Source of the DNA: Styela clava
Taxonomy: Eukaryota
Assembly: GCF_964204865.1 (NCBI RefSeq)
Contig: NC_135256.1
Location: forward strand, 11,842,001 to 11,906,000
DNA length: 64,000 nt
Direction of reading: 5' to 3'
The notes beneath the pieces were generated by a model. That model saw only the letters and a program-made list of their open reading frames with translations, made no database searches and had not been told where the DNA came from. The translations under genes were made by a program, and so were the position numbers. This document shows, piece after piece, positions 38,001-51,190 of this stretch. Positions within the stretch are counted from its first letter, which is position 1. Each line of letters starts with the position of its first letter.

Positions 38001-41000
38001 ACTGGAGACAGGGCACCAATGCTTCGCTTTCCATTTTGTAATTGGAGGAGAATTTTTTCGTCATAAGTTCCATAGCCTATAGTAAATGTTAAAAATAGTA
38101 CGTCTGATATTGCTGCAAAATTAATGAAATTATCGATAATATTAGTAAATCGCACGTCTATAAATTTTATACCTCGGACAATAAATCAGTTAGAATACTT
38201 TTCGATTCCGAGTTGCTATATGAAACAAGTTTTCATAAGTTTACCTCTAACTCGTAGATGTAACTCGTTACATCTCGTAGCGCAAGTTCCCAATCGACAT
38301 ACAATGATTAGTTCCTCTTGCCTGTTGTCCAAATGGAGTGGATTGATTCTATGACGTCACAAATGAGTCTACTTTGTCGTATGTACTAACTACGGTATTT
38401 AGTATTAACTTGTCTCATGGTAATCGTTAATTATGTTGTTTATTGTGTTTTTATTTATTTATTTTGACATTCTATACCTAAATAAATTGGAGTACAGTTT
38501 TTATATTTCGTGATACAGTCAAAAATTAGTACAGTTGTGATTTCATATTTCTATTGTATGTAATGATAGTTTGAAATATTAACTCATTATAATAGAATTA
38601 GGGAAAAAAATAATCACCGAAGACGAGAAACTTTATGGTTGTGCAATTGGTTCCTGTATCGTAAAGTCCGCCAGCGGTTTGGATTTTTGAAACTGCGAGT
38701 CCAAGTTCTTCTGCAATTCTTATTCGTGCCTCTCGACTAAAATAAGGAATATTTTTCAATCCAAAAGACATTATGACCAAACAAACGCTTTTGTGACCAA
38801 ATAATAGCCATAAGTAATTCATGACATTACTCATCGCTACGATTAAATCTACTTTAATTAATTTAATTAACTTTAATTAATTATACACTAAAACTTTGTT
38901 GCCGGAATGGAACGCCATAGCTTACAATATTCGGGGTATACGTAATCTGAAACATAATTTGATGTGATGAAAAACTCAATATATATATATGTCAATATAA
39001 CTTTGACTGCCTCATCTTACTTTGGAATACCCACAAAATTTCAAAAATCAATTTTTATTCTAATTAATTTTATGTCCTAACGAGTTAATCTCGTCCGACG
39101 TACTGTATATTTATAAGTTAAAACAGGATTATTACGTAATAAACAAAAACATACACTGTTTTGATGTCCAATACTGGTTGCGATATTTTTACGTTCACTG
39201 AGATGACCCTGGCAGGAGTCATTCTTGTATTTAACGCAATATTCCCACAAGCTTGCCGCACTTTTGATTTGTAGCCTCCGTGTATATTAACAGAATGACC
39301 GATTACTGAAAAAATATGGACGATTATTTGTCTCTTGTGAAAGAATTTGTAGTTAAGCCACACTACCAAATTCTATTGATACTATAAAATAAGTCTTGAG
39401 ATATTTTGATAAATATCGTTTCGTAGAGGAATTGCTCAGTTTTTGAGATGACTTATATATATATATATATGCGGACGAGTAAGACAGTGATGTTACATTC
39501 TATATGAGAGTTGCGCGACACTGAAAGTTGTAACCATGGTAAATGTACGGTTGTCGTACATTTTATTTATTTACATTTTTTTGATACGTACCCGTCCATG
39601 GACCGACGACTGGCAGCATTGGCACATTGTACCAGTTGACGACATCTTTTCCAATACTTGTCAAAGTAGTTTTAGTGCTTATATCGCCAATCTCGCAATA
39701 GTCTGGGGAAACACCGGAACAATAGGTTGTATAATTGGGCTAAAATTTGTGAAAATAAAATTATATATTTTGTGTATATTTTTCTTTATAGTAATAGTAG
39801 CGATAGTAATAAGAATCTCTTTGATTGTTTATTTGTCACCCTGCGACCAATGCAGACCCTTTTGCGGATGGTCCCATCAGCATTGATGCATCTGAAGGTT
39901 AGGACAAAGGGCATGATGGTGTGGCAAGCTTATTACGGTATGCGAAAATTCCTGGTCGGTTAATCTCTTCCTGACACTGATTTGTTACCGATATGCTTAA
40001 GGCATTTACATCAACTTCTTTTTTCCAAGGAAATGAATTTCAGACATGACGAAGTGAATAAGCATAATAGAAATTGTACACCATCCGTACACACCTGCTT
40101 TGTGATACCGAAAGGAGCGAAATGTTTGTTAACAGCATCACAATCTACTCCTGTTATTGGATCATGTTCAACATGCCACATGTGATTTGGAGTCTGGGAA
40201 AGAAATGAAATATTTTTAGGCTGTACCGTATTTTGCCTTCAGCTTAAGAACGCCATTTATTTATAAATATTAATATATAATTCTCTAATTCAAATCTCAG
40301 AGCTGTAAAAACAATCCTTCTCGACTTATTTAAAAATTGAAACCAAATATGCCTTCTGGGTTTTCGAATAATTTTTTAATAGTTGTAAACTTTATTTTTT
40401 TTGGTACGAAATCGAGACTTCAATAATAGCTGGTTAGGAGTTGAGAAAAATATATCATCATTTATATACCTATTTTGAGCTGCCACACAGATAGATTTTT
40501 AGTTACTTCATTCGATTATGGTTTGAAGATATGGTTATATATTAGATAGGATATTCTACATGGCTATATATCAAAAAACTGACTTACTTAATCGGTAATA
40601 ACACAAACCTAGAGTTATTAGAGTGCACATGACCCAATACGATATATTTAAAACAGCGATCAGGTTTTGTCTGAAGTTTCGGAGAAACATGCAAGTTGCA
40701 GTGCAATAAAAGACTTCAACATAAGCAATTAGTCTACAATTAAATATAGTAATATCACAATAAATATTTTTTGTTTTACCGAAGAATCATTTGCTCTGTG
40801 TTTGACTCGAACCATCACTGTTGTGGTTGGAGCTCCACTGTCATCGTCACTAACACGTTGAATCTGAAAATACATTCTCCTACACATTATGGCATTTCTT
40901 TAAAGAGCACGGACACTTGCATTACGATTTCGTCTCAAGTATTTACTAATGGAACTTTCACGCTTGTCTCTATCGTGCTGAGAGGGAGCCAGTTACAATA

Positions 41001-42019
41001 TAAAATCGAAGCTCAACACATATATAGAACTTTTTAAATATATATATAACAATATTCTTAAACGCATACCATTCGTACTATTCCAACATAGACTCCTCGA
41101 AAAACTGCATCCGCCACAACAACATCTTCACCAAATTGTTCAACATTGTCTAATTCAAAATCTGTCGCGCCTCCCATCATTGCCCCTGGAAAGAGTTTGA
41201 GTTTTATTGCCAAAATGTTGCAAATAAAATCCGGCAATTCTTTAATTAAGCCAGATACGGCAAGTATTGAAGGGCGTACACAAGATTAGTTTATCATACC
41301 AACAATCATACGCAAAGTAATTAATTCGGGTTAATCAAGTTAACATTTTCGTATCGTTGATGTTTAGTGCCAGCGAACTTAATTGCCAAACAACTATTGA
41401 TTATCCTTTATCCTCACAGTGATGTCGTTCGTTTAACAGTCGTCAGTATGGTACATTGATGACTGCAACCGTTTGTCATTAATAGGGATGAATACAAAAA
41501 TGATCACTATTCGAACAAAACAATATATCTACCAATATCCCAAGCTAAAACTACTACTAATATTAATATCGATACAAACTTAATTTACAGTAATTTCTAA
41601 TAATATTTAACTGCGTACGCAAAAGCAAGTGAAGAAATTTACCAGTTTTTTTTATATGTCGGCGGTGTTACGCTGGGATAATTATGTGCGAAACGATTGC
41701 TGGAGTCCTCGCCGCTGTAGGGTGGTGGTTCACGTAACCGCTGGTCGGTTACGGCTTCCTCCACCATCAAGTCCATGCATCTGAAACAAATAAATGGCTA
41801 ACTAACCCCATACCCGACATGAACTGGTAACCGGACGAGAGCCCGTGGTTCACCGTATGCTTATGTCGTCTTATCAGCTTCCCTCTTCCTCGGGATAAAT
41901 ATGTAAATCTCCTCTTTATGAACATTGTGTCTAATATCAACGTAATGTACTTTTTTCATACCTGCTAAGCTTCGAGCACACAAGACAATGCACACAAATT
42001 GAATCCATCTGTACCTCAT
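34861..42019 (-). CDS. Secreted, probably GPI-anchored Cu-only-SOD-repeat-like (CSRP-related) protein with two SOD-fold units, 15 exons, 599 aa
   Basis: Exons (-) 42019-41962, 41185-41070, 40863-40780, 40193-40095, 39739-39592, 39305-39155, 38736-38618, 38076-37936, 37617-37511, 37179-37096, 36680-36582, 36182-36035, 35833-35686, 35541-35423 and 35039-34861. All are GT-AG and in phase (1800 nt). Signal peptide MRYRWIQFVCIVLCARSLA. Each unit reads ADAVFxGVYxGIVRM..NHMWHVEHDP..C..VNKHFAPFG..YCEIGDISTK..LPVVGP..VIGHSVN[IV]HGG..RxAC[GA]NI. Hydrophobic C-terminal tail. Confidence 0.88.
41676..41910 (+). mobile_element. SINE-like interspersed repeat in intron 1 of the SOD-repeat gene
   Basis: Related copies at 17295, 20730, 23195, 50898 and 58680. 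No TIRs; shared 3' end GATAAATATG(T)AAATC. Confidence 0.7.
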
Positions 42020-43484
42020 TTTGAAGGAATTGAAATGCTTGTACTAAAATAGAATTTCTAAAGTATACCAACAAAAGCGGGCACACTGAAACTCGATATA
42101 GTAAATTATATTATGCAAAGTTGACAATATTCTAGTTAGATAAGTTACCATTGAGATAAAGTCTTGAAAAGCTTTGGTAATTTGCTAAACTGAAGATTAG
42201 TAATAAACTGACCGTCAGCAGGCTAGGTCGCAACCATTTTCGCAATCCATGCGAACGAATTTAAGAAACTTAGCCCAACACATTACGTTTATTCTTGTTT
42301 CCGTTGATATTTGTTACATTCATTATATATTATCGTATACCCAAACAGGTGTTTTTTTGAGTTGGTATTCTTTATTTATTTATTTTATTTATTAAAGTGG
42401 ACTACTTGGTGCCATTGGTAATAGAGTAGATGTCGCCAGGCGACAAAAATACTGGCTCGCGTGGTTGCTATGTAGCAAGCCGTTTCGCGTGGTAAATTAT
42501 CTATTGTTTTGATGTCATCCAAACGGTTTTGATTAGTTGGAATCGATTTAATTTCAATTAGTTTGAATTATACAGAAGTTAACTCAAAAGTATCTTGGCA
42601 ATCGGGATGACGAGGTTCTGAGTTTGTTTTTCTTACGGAACTTCATATTAAACTCGATATAAAAAAAGAAGAGCAAAAAAAGTGAATTACCAATATACAC
42701 CATTTGCAAAATTGTAAACACTAAAAAAAACGCCCTAAATCAAATTGCGTCTAGATATTGCGATTGAATATTTGACTGATACTAAGTGGTCCTATGTTGT
42801 ATTTACAGCAGTACACTTTGGAAGACATCGAGAACAACATGTACCAAATAGAATATAAATTATTTAAACAATGAAGTAGCCATACTAATAGAGGTACATC
42901 TATTTATTGTTAAATATTCTGTTTATTTTGAAAAATGCTATTCAACGATTGTATGCTGGAAAATCCTGACTATATATTCAGTATTATTTAATGTATATCT
43001 GCATTTAATATAGTTTTTTATATATTTAACTGCTCTTAACCAAATGAAATACACACTATTTAAACAATGGAACGGTCGTTCAACCAATGCGGAAGACTAC
43101 TTCTCGTTACCATATTAGGAAAAGTTGAAACAAAAAGATACGATTGTGTTTCCAGTTTTTTTTTCAAAAGAATCAGGCCCTTAGTCGCTATTTATGTACG
43201 TCCATTAATTTTAATTTTTTTGTATTTATAAAATTTCTGAAAAGGCATTCATTGTATGCTGAAACATCTCGGTCAGATATTTAGTATCATTTTATATATG
43301 CTTTCGTAGTGATACATGGCTTTGGCGCTATAATACGTTGTGGTGGACTAAAAGTGATTTATTACAATAAATAGGCTTGGATAATATGTTACTGTAACTT
43401 ATTGTTCTTGGGATGTCAGAACAACAACGAAGTCAAATGCCATATTCTCAATTAGTAAAACACGAATGTTGTTTTTGTTGTTAG

Positions 43485-43570
43485 ATTCTTGTTGTTGTTG
43501 TTGTGTAAAAAATCACTTTCCTCTTCAACCACTGGACCAATTGCTTTGAAATATCCAGTGATTAAAGATT
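43485..43570 (+). repeat. Fragment of the repeat family also at 57945-58176
   Basis: AAAAATCACTTTCCTCTTC..ACTGGACCAATTGCTTTGAAAT..CAGTG.TTAAAGAT is shared with 58001-58062. Both copies are preceded by (TTG)n-like tracts. Confidence 0.65.
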
Positions 43571-45235
43571 ATTGTTGTTGCTAGAGGGTTCTACATGTTC
43601 TTATTATTTGATATTTCATTCAAAATTCTATTCACGGGAACAACGTTTTTATTCCGCCAAGCGTGGCAGCGACCTCGGTCAAGACTGTCCTCCATTTTGA
43701 TTTTGCGAACTTGTTCGACGAGAAAATCGGAAGTTTCTTTTAATAATAGTTACGGTAGGCAACCCGGGGTCTGGTGTGGTTTACTACCACAAGTACTACA
43801 CAAGTAACGTATAGCAATGACGTATTTTTTAGATGACGTCAAGGCTGACATATATATTCAAAAATTATTCCGTCACGCACATTATCATAGAATTATTACC
43901 TAAAATATATAAACTGATCCTGTACTAAACAACGCCCCTGCATCGAGATGCACGTTGGAGGAATCTGCATAATTTGATTTTGAACACATATCGTCACGCT
44001 AATAACCGAAATGCGTAGGTCATTTTTAGCAGTTTTGAGAAAAACGTAAAAAAAACTTCCTAATGATATTGTTATGCCATTAGAAGTCAATAATTTGCCA
44101 TGGTTAAATTTTTTGATTCAAATTAATTTGTATGACGCAGTTATGTGACGTCATAATGGCGCACTGGGACTTGTGTCTGTCTTGGCGACATACGCAATTT
44201 TGCAACTTGACTATAAGCACCAGTCCTGAAATGTAAACATTTCAAAAACGAATGTAATTCTTAGTATCTACAATGTCTAATCCCCGAAAATAGCTAATCT
44301 GTTTTAATTACATTATTTTTTATGTTTAAAAATATATATATTTCATCAATATCTCACGCTCTGCACACCAACCGAAATAATACTGAGATTAAATATAAAG
44401 AATAAAACAGCAATGCACCCTATATGGAAGCCAACCAAGGTGAATTGGACTCCGACTGTGACTATCACGTCTTACTATACTGTAGTATAAATTCAAATTT
44501 ATAAGCGCTAAGCTAAAAATACTTCGCCGAGGTTATTTTGCCTAAGTGACGTCACAATAGTCATACGGTAACAATGATAATTCATTATGACGAAACAATC
44601 ATACAAAATCTCCAGTTTTTCTGGGTTTCTGAATTCTTAAAATGAAATCTGAGTTAACAGACAGGTGCGCAGCATTACATAAATACCTATTTGAAAAAAA
44701 AACTCAAAACCGCCAAATATGACTTAGGCAATTCGGTTATTAGCCTGACGATATTCATAGTTATATCAGAACTGGCCGTTTGAAATCACAAAGAGTGATA
44801 TATATTTCGATTGGGATTTAGATCTCAACATGAACCTATACTCTCAGTTCCTCTAACTCTGTGTTCAATTTACTGACTGTCTTCCGGATAGATTTCAAGT
44901 AACTTACTGTCAGATTCGGGTTGTCACAAATTAAGTGAACTTTTTGAAAAATCTTCACGTTGCGCATAAAACAGCAATGTGGCACTGTCCAGTCAAGCAT
45001 CCGCAACGTTTCTTGCTAGCCAATCGATCGTTTTTTGAAGAAATGGGCGCGCTATGATGAGTACCTGAAAAGTAAATCAAAATTAAAAGTGTGTACTCAT
45101 TTTTGAGACACCCTGTATATATGCACAAAAAAAATTAAAAATACCACTCTATTTTAGTGAGAGCACTGTCCTTGCTTTTTTCCATTCAGAAATTGGCTGC
45201 GATGAATCACCCTTAAAAGAAATAAAACGCAAATA

Positions 45236-45676
45236 CCTTATTTCCCGGCGAATAAGTCTACCCGGCGACTAAGACGAGGCCCGTTTTTGGGCCTGAAAAT
45301 GGGTTTTTGCATATGACCGGCCATTAAGTCGGAGTAGTAAAATCGCATCAACATCGGAATCTTAAATTACCATGCAATGCTTTTTGAGCGGTCGCCGCGT
45401 TTGCGCATTGGCTAAAAAAATCTATAATGACTTCATCACAGCATTGAAATTCCAGATTCACGGCGCGAGAATGTCGATTTATTTAAACTGACCTGATGAG
45501 TACGTGGGAGATGCTATCGCCGAAGGGATTTTATTGTCCGGATTCAATAATAGGGCGACACCAAAAAAATGAAAATGATCATACTCGCCCAATAAGACGA
45601 CCCCCCCCCCCCCAAAAAAAAAAACCCGGCCAAAAATTTGGGTCTAGAAAAGCGGCTTATTCGCCGGGAAATACGG
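45236..45676. mobile_element. Tc1/mariner (pogo-like) MITE, 441 bp
   Basis: TIR CC(T/G)TATTTCCCGGCGAATAAG / CTTATTCGCCGGGAAATACGG, flanked by TA on both sides. Confidence 0.88.
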
Positions 45677-46013
45677 TACCTGTATGTGAGTGAACAATGA
45701 TGACGTGAAAAAATGATGAAAATAAATGGTAATGACGAAATGGGTTAAACACAGCAAATATAACCGCGTATTTCGCACAGGTTGTGTGGTACATGGAAGA
45801 TCATTATAAGGGCTGTAGGGGTGGTTAAAGCGACAAGCTGCATATTCCACCATTTTCTCTTCTCTCCTCTTTTTCTAGCGTCACCTAGTCATGTGATTCC
45901 CAATAACCAATGGAAAGGCGTCTCAATTTCGTGGTTTTCTCGGTTCTCTTTGTTTCTTTATTACATCCAAACTTTTTCCCTGCCACGTCAAGATTTGCCT
46001 GCTCCCACGCGGT

Positions 46014-48600
46014 CTTTTCGAATTTGACGCCGCAAGGTGAGCACTGATTTTGTTTTCGTGATTTTTTTAAGTTTAATGGTTTGTGTACATATTTTTGTCG
46101 CTAATCTGCCTATATTTCAACGCTTGTATTACGTTACTGTTATTTTCTAAGATTTTACAGCTTACTAATGCAACTAAACTAAACTTAGGTCTACTATATT
46201 TGATTTAAATATCTACAAAGTGGCACCGAGATTACCAATTCTGTATTGGTGAGGTGAATCTAAATCGGAGGATGCTATGTAGATAAACTCATTTTTTCAG
46301 TTAGGCCATAGCATAGTACTAAATGGTTCTTGGAATTCAAAAATTGAACCAAAGACGAAGACGTAAACTAATGGAAGCGACTGAGAACAAGAAAATGCTC
46401 AATTGAAATTAAGTAAGAAACCCAAAGTGTATTTAAATTAAGCTTTGAATAGATTTCTAAATCTACCAATTACCCCATTTTAGCTTGTCTTGGATTTTAT
46501 TTAGTCTATATATTGCATCTTGGCTATGTTATATATTTCAGATCGTGTTTATGCAAACTGACTGAATGTAAACAAGCTGTAAATGTTGACATCAGGTACT
46601 GCTGAAGCGGAACGGAACCTACAGTTACTAAATATTCATAAAATTAGGGATTTCAGTTAGGTCATAACATAGCAATATATCTGATATTGAAGAAAGTCTT
46701 TGTGTGGAGTCCATGACCCCGGGGAAGATGTGACTGTGCAAAGATGTTTGTACCATTTTATAAATAAGTTCTACTCCGAAGTGGAAATGTTGAAGGAAAG
46801 GGGGAAAAAAAGATCTAAACGAAGTGTTAATGCGATGGTTAATGCGAGTCGGAGACTCTCGAAAGTATGGTTGAAGGGATGCGATCAAGGATTAATAAGG
46901 TAACTGTTAATATATCCCTTAACTTAAAAGAACTTTCAATTACATATGAAGGCTGCATACTACTGGGCACATACTTTGAGCAGCGTACTATTGTTGCATT
47001 CAAATTTACATTTTCAATAAATTCCGTTGTATGCGATTTTATACATAAACTAACCCAACTACAATTAACAAATGATTTGGATTTCTTTGCTTTCTTCTGT
47101 TTTCTTACATGCGATCCATAATTTTTTTTAGTCGTATTTTTTACTAAGCAGTTAGAATATAATTAGGCCTATGATTCGGGTTGGAATCGGATCACAACTT
47201 TGGAATTGTTCGAGTGAAAACGAAAACAAGAGTACAAGAGATACAATGCAGCATAATGTTTTAATTATGGCTGTTGGCGAAGACCTGAGGTGATTTGAGT
47301 CGTTCATATGAATGTAATGATTGGACTCATAATTAATTAATCTGGCAGTCGGGCGTAACTCCGTCAGTTGTTCGACTTGTGATTGGCGACTGGACTTGGC
47401 CACAACAGGGCTTAGTGCAGTATGTGATACTTATATGATTAGATAAAACGACATGTTTTGATTCTGTCAGACACTGTATTGTGTCTTTACATATTTCTAA
47501 ATACTAGGATTGCGATTTTATAAGATTGCATGGTTTTACTAGAATCTAGGCGCTGAACAACAAGTATATATTTATATAAGTATAAACAAATACGTGTTTT
47601 GAATAATCTGACAGTTTTGCATGTTAGCTAAATTTGGTTTCGATCGTATTTACGCAAACTAAGACGGGATGTTTTGAACTAAAAAATGTTGGCATCGGGA
47701 TCTGCCGTAGCAAATGTGGTCCGACATCTATTTAGTTATAGTATAAAATATATAGTATATTATAGTTGTTTCATTCTTTGTAACTATCGTATATCGTAAA
47801 ACCGATATACTTGTAACTTTTTCACCAACCATTGAGTTTATTTTTTTTGACGAACGTAAAAAGTGAAAGGGAAATGAAAGCGTAAACATGATATTGAGTT
47901 ATAGATGGCCGTGCGGCGTCTGACAGTTATAGGTGAGGGAAGATAAGTTTTTGTCATACCAGGTTTAGAAATTTTACCAATTACGGTTTGGCGTATTAAA
48001 TCGGAAAGTGTTAATTTGTTATCGTGTTATTAAAGTAATTACCTATAGTCTATTTCACTGCTTGAATCTAATATTCAGTTCGAAACTACCTGTTAAATAT
48101 TTCGATTGATTCAAGAAATCTTCTGGATTTTACATAATAATCACCAACAATTTATATGAGTATTATTCATCAATTTCCTTTTTTTTGCAGGACTGAATGT
48201 GCAGATAAGAAAAAAACGTCATCGCACAGCTAGACCACATTTCTCAGAACAACATAACTGAAAGTAAGTCCTTATCAACACAAAATAAATCTTTTAGCTT
48301 TAACTAGATAATTTGTTTGCACCAATAATAGAATCGGTCATTTTTCTGTCTAACTTGCAATTATTAGCCTCGCGAAGTATAAAAATGTGCTCCGTATTTT
48401 AACATTAGATAGCTGAGCAGACCGGACCCACTTTATTCTGTACCATATATGCTATCTTTACTGTTGGGCATTCCAAATTATTTAGGCGCATGCATAACAA
48501 ATCCAACTAATCCTCGATTGCTTTCAGGTATTTATCTACAAAGAAAAATGAAGTACATCTATGAAGAACATTGAACGAAACGTCGTGAGGAAAAATTGTT
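46014..48600 (+). ncRNA. Candidate spliced non-coding transcript (possible small-RNA host gene)
   Basis: A chain of same-strand splice signals: donor AAG|GTGAGC 46036, exons ~46301-46412, 46542-46595, ~46657-46899 and 48191-48263, acceptor 48527. No ORF could be joined across them. Pyrimidine start CTTTTC at ~46014. Confidence 0.35.
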
Positions 48601-48690
48601 GTCAAAATTCCTGCTATTTTGAATCAACTATTGTCGCACTCGCATAGTTCACATTATTTTTTAGTGATACTCTGCGCATTCACATATATT

Positions 48691-48993
48691 CAGTGTTTCT
48701 CAGTCGGTGGGGCGCGCCTCGCAATGGGGGTGTACACTTTATTTTGGGGGTAGAGGCGAGCTAATTTAGAAAATAAATAATTGTTGTATTTGATCCTGCC
48801 TGCCTTATTTCATATAGTCACTTTTCTTTATTGTTCAAAGATTGCAATTCCATCCACATATTTTTAACTTTTATCCTAATTTCGCCTCAACTTGTTAGTC
48901 GTAGCTTATTGTTAGCAAGTTATTTGAGGTTGGGTGTGATAATGACAAATTCTAAAAAAAAATGGCGCGGCTTAAAAAGTTTGAGAACCACTG
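48691..48993. mobile_element. Degenerate hAT-type MITE
   Basis: TIR CAGTGTTTCTCA / TGAGAACCACTG; the TSD is only partly conserved (CATATATT/AATAAATG). Confidence 0.65.
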
Positions 48994-49700
48994 AATAAAT
49001 GGATCATTTTAGTAATACATTGCGAATCGAGATGGAGAAGTCCGTCATCTTGATTTTAAAATCTACTAAAGGCCTATCGAGATTTATATTGGTCTTCCGG
49101 CCTGTCTATTGTTTTACATGTGCGTCGATTTTTTTTCTCCTAATTAAGAGTTGGCGATACTGAAATGAATAGGCCTACAGAAAATCAGATTTATGGTAGC
49201 AGTGTGTGCCGATTAAAGTCTATCACGAGGAAAACGGCGAAGGTGAATTCCACACGAATTGAATTAGCTCGTATAATGCATACAAGTGAATATTAATTAT
49301 TTCTAAAATAGATAGCACTTAAAACCGCAAGTTTCCCGAGAGTACATCAAAATTTCAAACTCCATTTCAAAAGCTTTTATCAGTGATTTTGCCACCAAAA
49401 TTTAAATAAGCTGCAGATATAAATAACTCAACGCGGCTCCTACCTCGACCGCGTGAATAATGTACTGTTTCTGTTGTCTTGATATATATATCATTTTTTA
49501 AATTTTGCTTGACGTTGTGAAATGTTTTCAAGTCGATCTTTTTTCAAGATGACCTTGAATGTGATTTCGTTTCTTGGCGAAACAATAAAATATTCTCGAA
49601 ATCATTACATTCATACATTACATTCCGGGCAGGAAAAGTTTGAATCTGAGCGGAGGTTACAGGGCAGCCGGGCCCGTGATCCAGGAAAAATCATCGTCGC

Positions 49701-50429
49701 TATGTTCGGGTATGTATGGCCCGACGATAATAGCAGAATTTTCGACAAAATATATATCCCTGGCCACACTTGATCGATGATAATTTTTCGGATTTGGATT
49801 TTTGCCCTTTTTATTTGATAATTGAAGCCTTTACTTCTTTTCATGACGTCACCTCCACCTCTCCTTTCCACATTATGCAATCGATATATTTCAAAATACT
49901 GCATTGGATTCGAACTTTGGTCTTAAATTTTGCTCGATGTGCACCTAACCACTACACCACGATGATGTTGTTTTAACACTAATACTTATCTTTCAAGAGA
50001 CGTGATGAAGACTCTGAAATGAGGTTGATTACCCCTTTGAGAAATCAATATTAGAGTTAAATCCTATGAAAATCAACACTGTTGTGGTGTAGTGGTTAGG
50101 TTCACATCGAGTTAAACTTCAAGTCCAAGTCCATTGAAGTCTTTTAAAAAATACGATACGAACTCTTATCTGATATTACGGAAATGAAAGTGACGTCACG
50201 GAGGGATACAGAACACTCAATATTGACAATTAATTATCTGATAAAATGGATGGCCAAAATCGACAAAAATCCAAGGGGTAACCCCTGAAAATATCAAAAT
50301 CATCATCGATCAAGTGCGGCCGAGTATAATTATTCGGGCGAATTTCATTTATCATTGACCAAGTGTGGCCATAGATAATTTTTGTCAAAAATTACTTTAT
50401 CATCGTCCGGCCATACATATCCGAACATA
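49701..50429. mobile_element. Foldback/MITE-like long imperfect palindrome, about 730 bp
   Basis: Outer ends TATGTTCGG.TATGTATGGCC / GGCCATACATATCCGAACATA. Inner arms CTCGATGTG.ACCTAACCACTACACCAC / GTGGTGTAGTGGTTAGGTTCACATCGAG. TA at both termini. Confidence 0.8.
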
Positions 50430-50897
50430 ATAATTTAATATGACTTTCTACAATTTAAAATTGTTCATTTCACTGTGTCCGATTAAGTCTCACTAAAGCT
50501 TTATCTGATCGCATATTTTACTGAAATTACATCTAGCCTTGGTAGCATCGTTAACTTTCATTGGGTGCTCTCAACCCCCTGTGCAATTTTCATCAAGTGA
50601 TGAGATTTGGGCAAATTAGTTAGTGTCAGGGGACTCTTAATTAATTTTTTAGTCGCAAATTTAAACTAACCATTTCGAAGCATTAGAAGCTTTTACCAAT
50701 TAAGATCGGTAAGCTCAATTTTAGTGCAAATCCGAAACAGTAATTTCAATAAATTTGGAACATTATTGGGAACTGTGTTGAGCCGAAATATTCGATGGCG
50801 CAGCTTATTTTTAGCACCAAATTGAATCTTTCATCTCATATTATTTCAATTTTTAATTAAGCAAATTAAGGTTTGACACCCAATTTATCAGTGAATG

Positions 50898-51190
50898 GTG
50901 ACCGCTGGTCGGTTATGGCTTCCTCAACCATCAAGTTCGTGCATTTGAAACCAAGTCCGTACATCCGAAACAAATAACTGGCTTAGTAGTTCTATACTCG
51001 ATATGAAATGGTAGCCGAAAGAGAGGCCGTGGTTTGTTATGGCTTCCTTTGCCACCAATTCCTTGCATCTGAAACCAAGTCTATACATTCGAAACAAATG
51101 GACGAAACTGGACGAAAGGCCGGGGTTCGTCATGTGATTAAGTTGTCACATTGGCGTACCTCTTACCCCAAGATAAATATGAAATCCTAA
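50898..51190 (+). mobile_element. SINE-like copy with internal duplications (also at 58680-58972)
   Basis: ACCGCTGGTCGGTTATGGCTTCCTC..CCATCAAGT.. matches 41736 onward. The TATGGCTTCCT..GCAT.TGAAACCAAGTC.TACAT.CGAAACAAAT segment occurs twice. Confidence 0.7.

Noticed and set aside
47388-47400. miR-378-like ACTGGACTTGG
   Set aside because: Only an 11-nt match with no proper pre-miRNA stem around it; probably chance.
50083-50115. tRNA-like GTGGTGTAGTGGTTA (A-box)
   Set aside because: No cloverleaf or T-arm follows; it is one arm of the foldback element.
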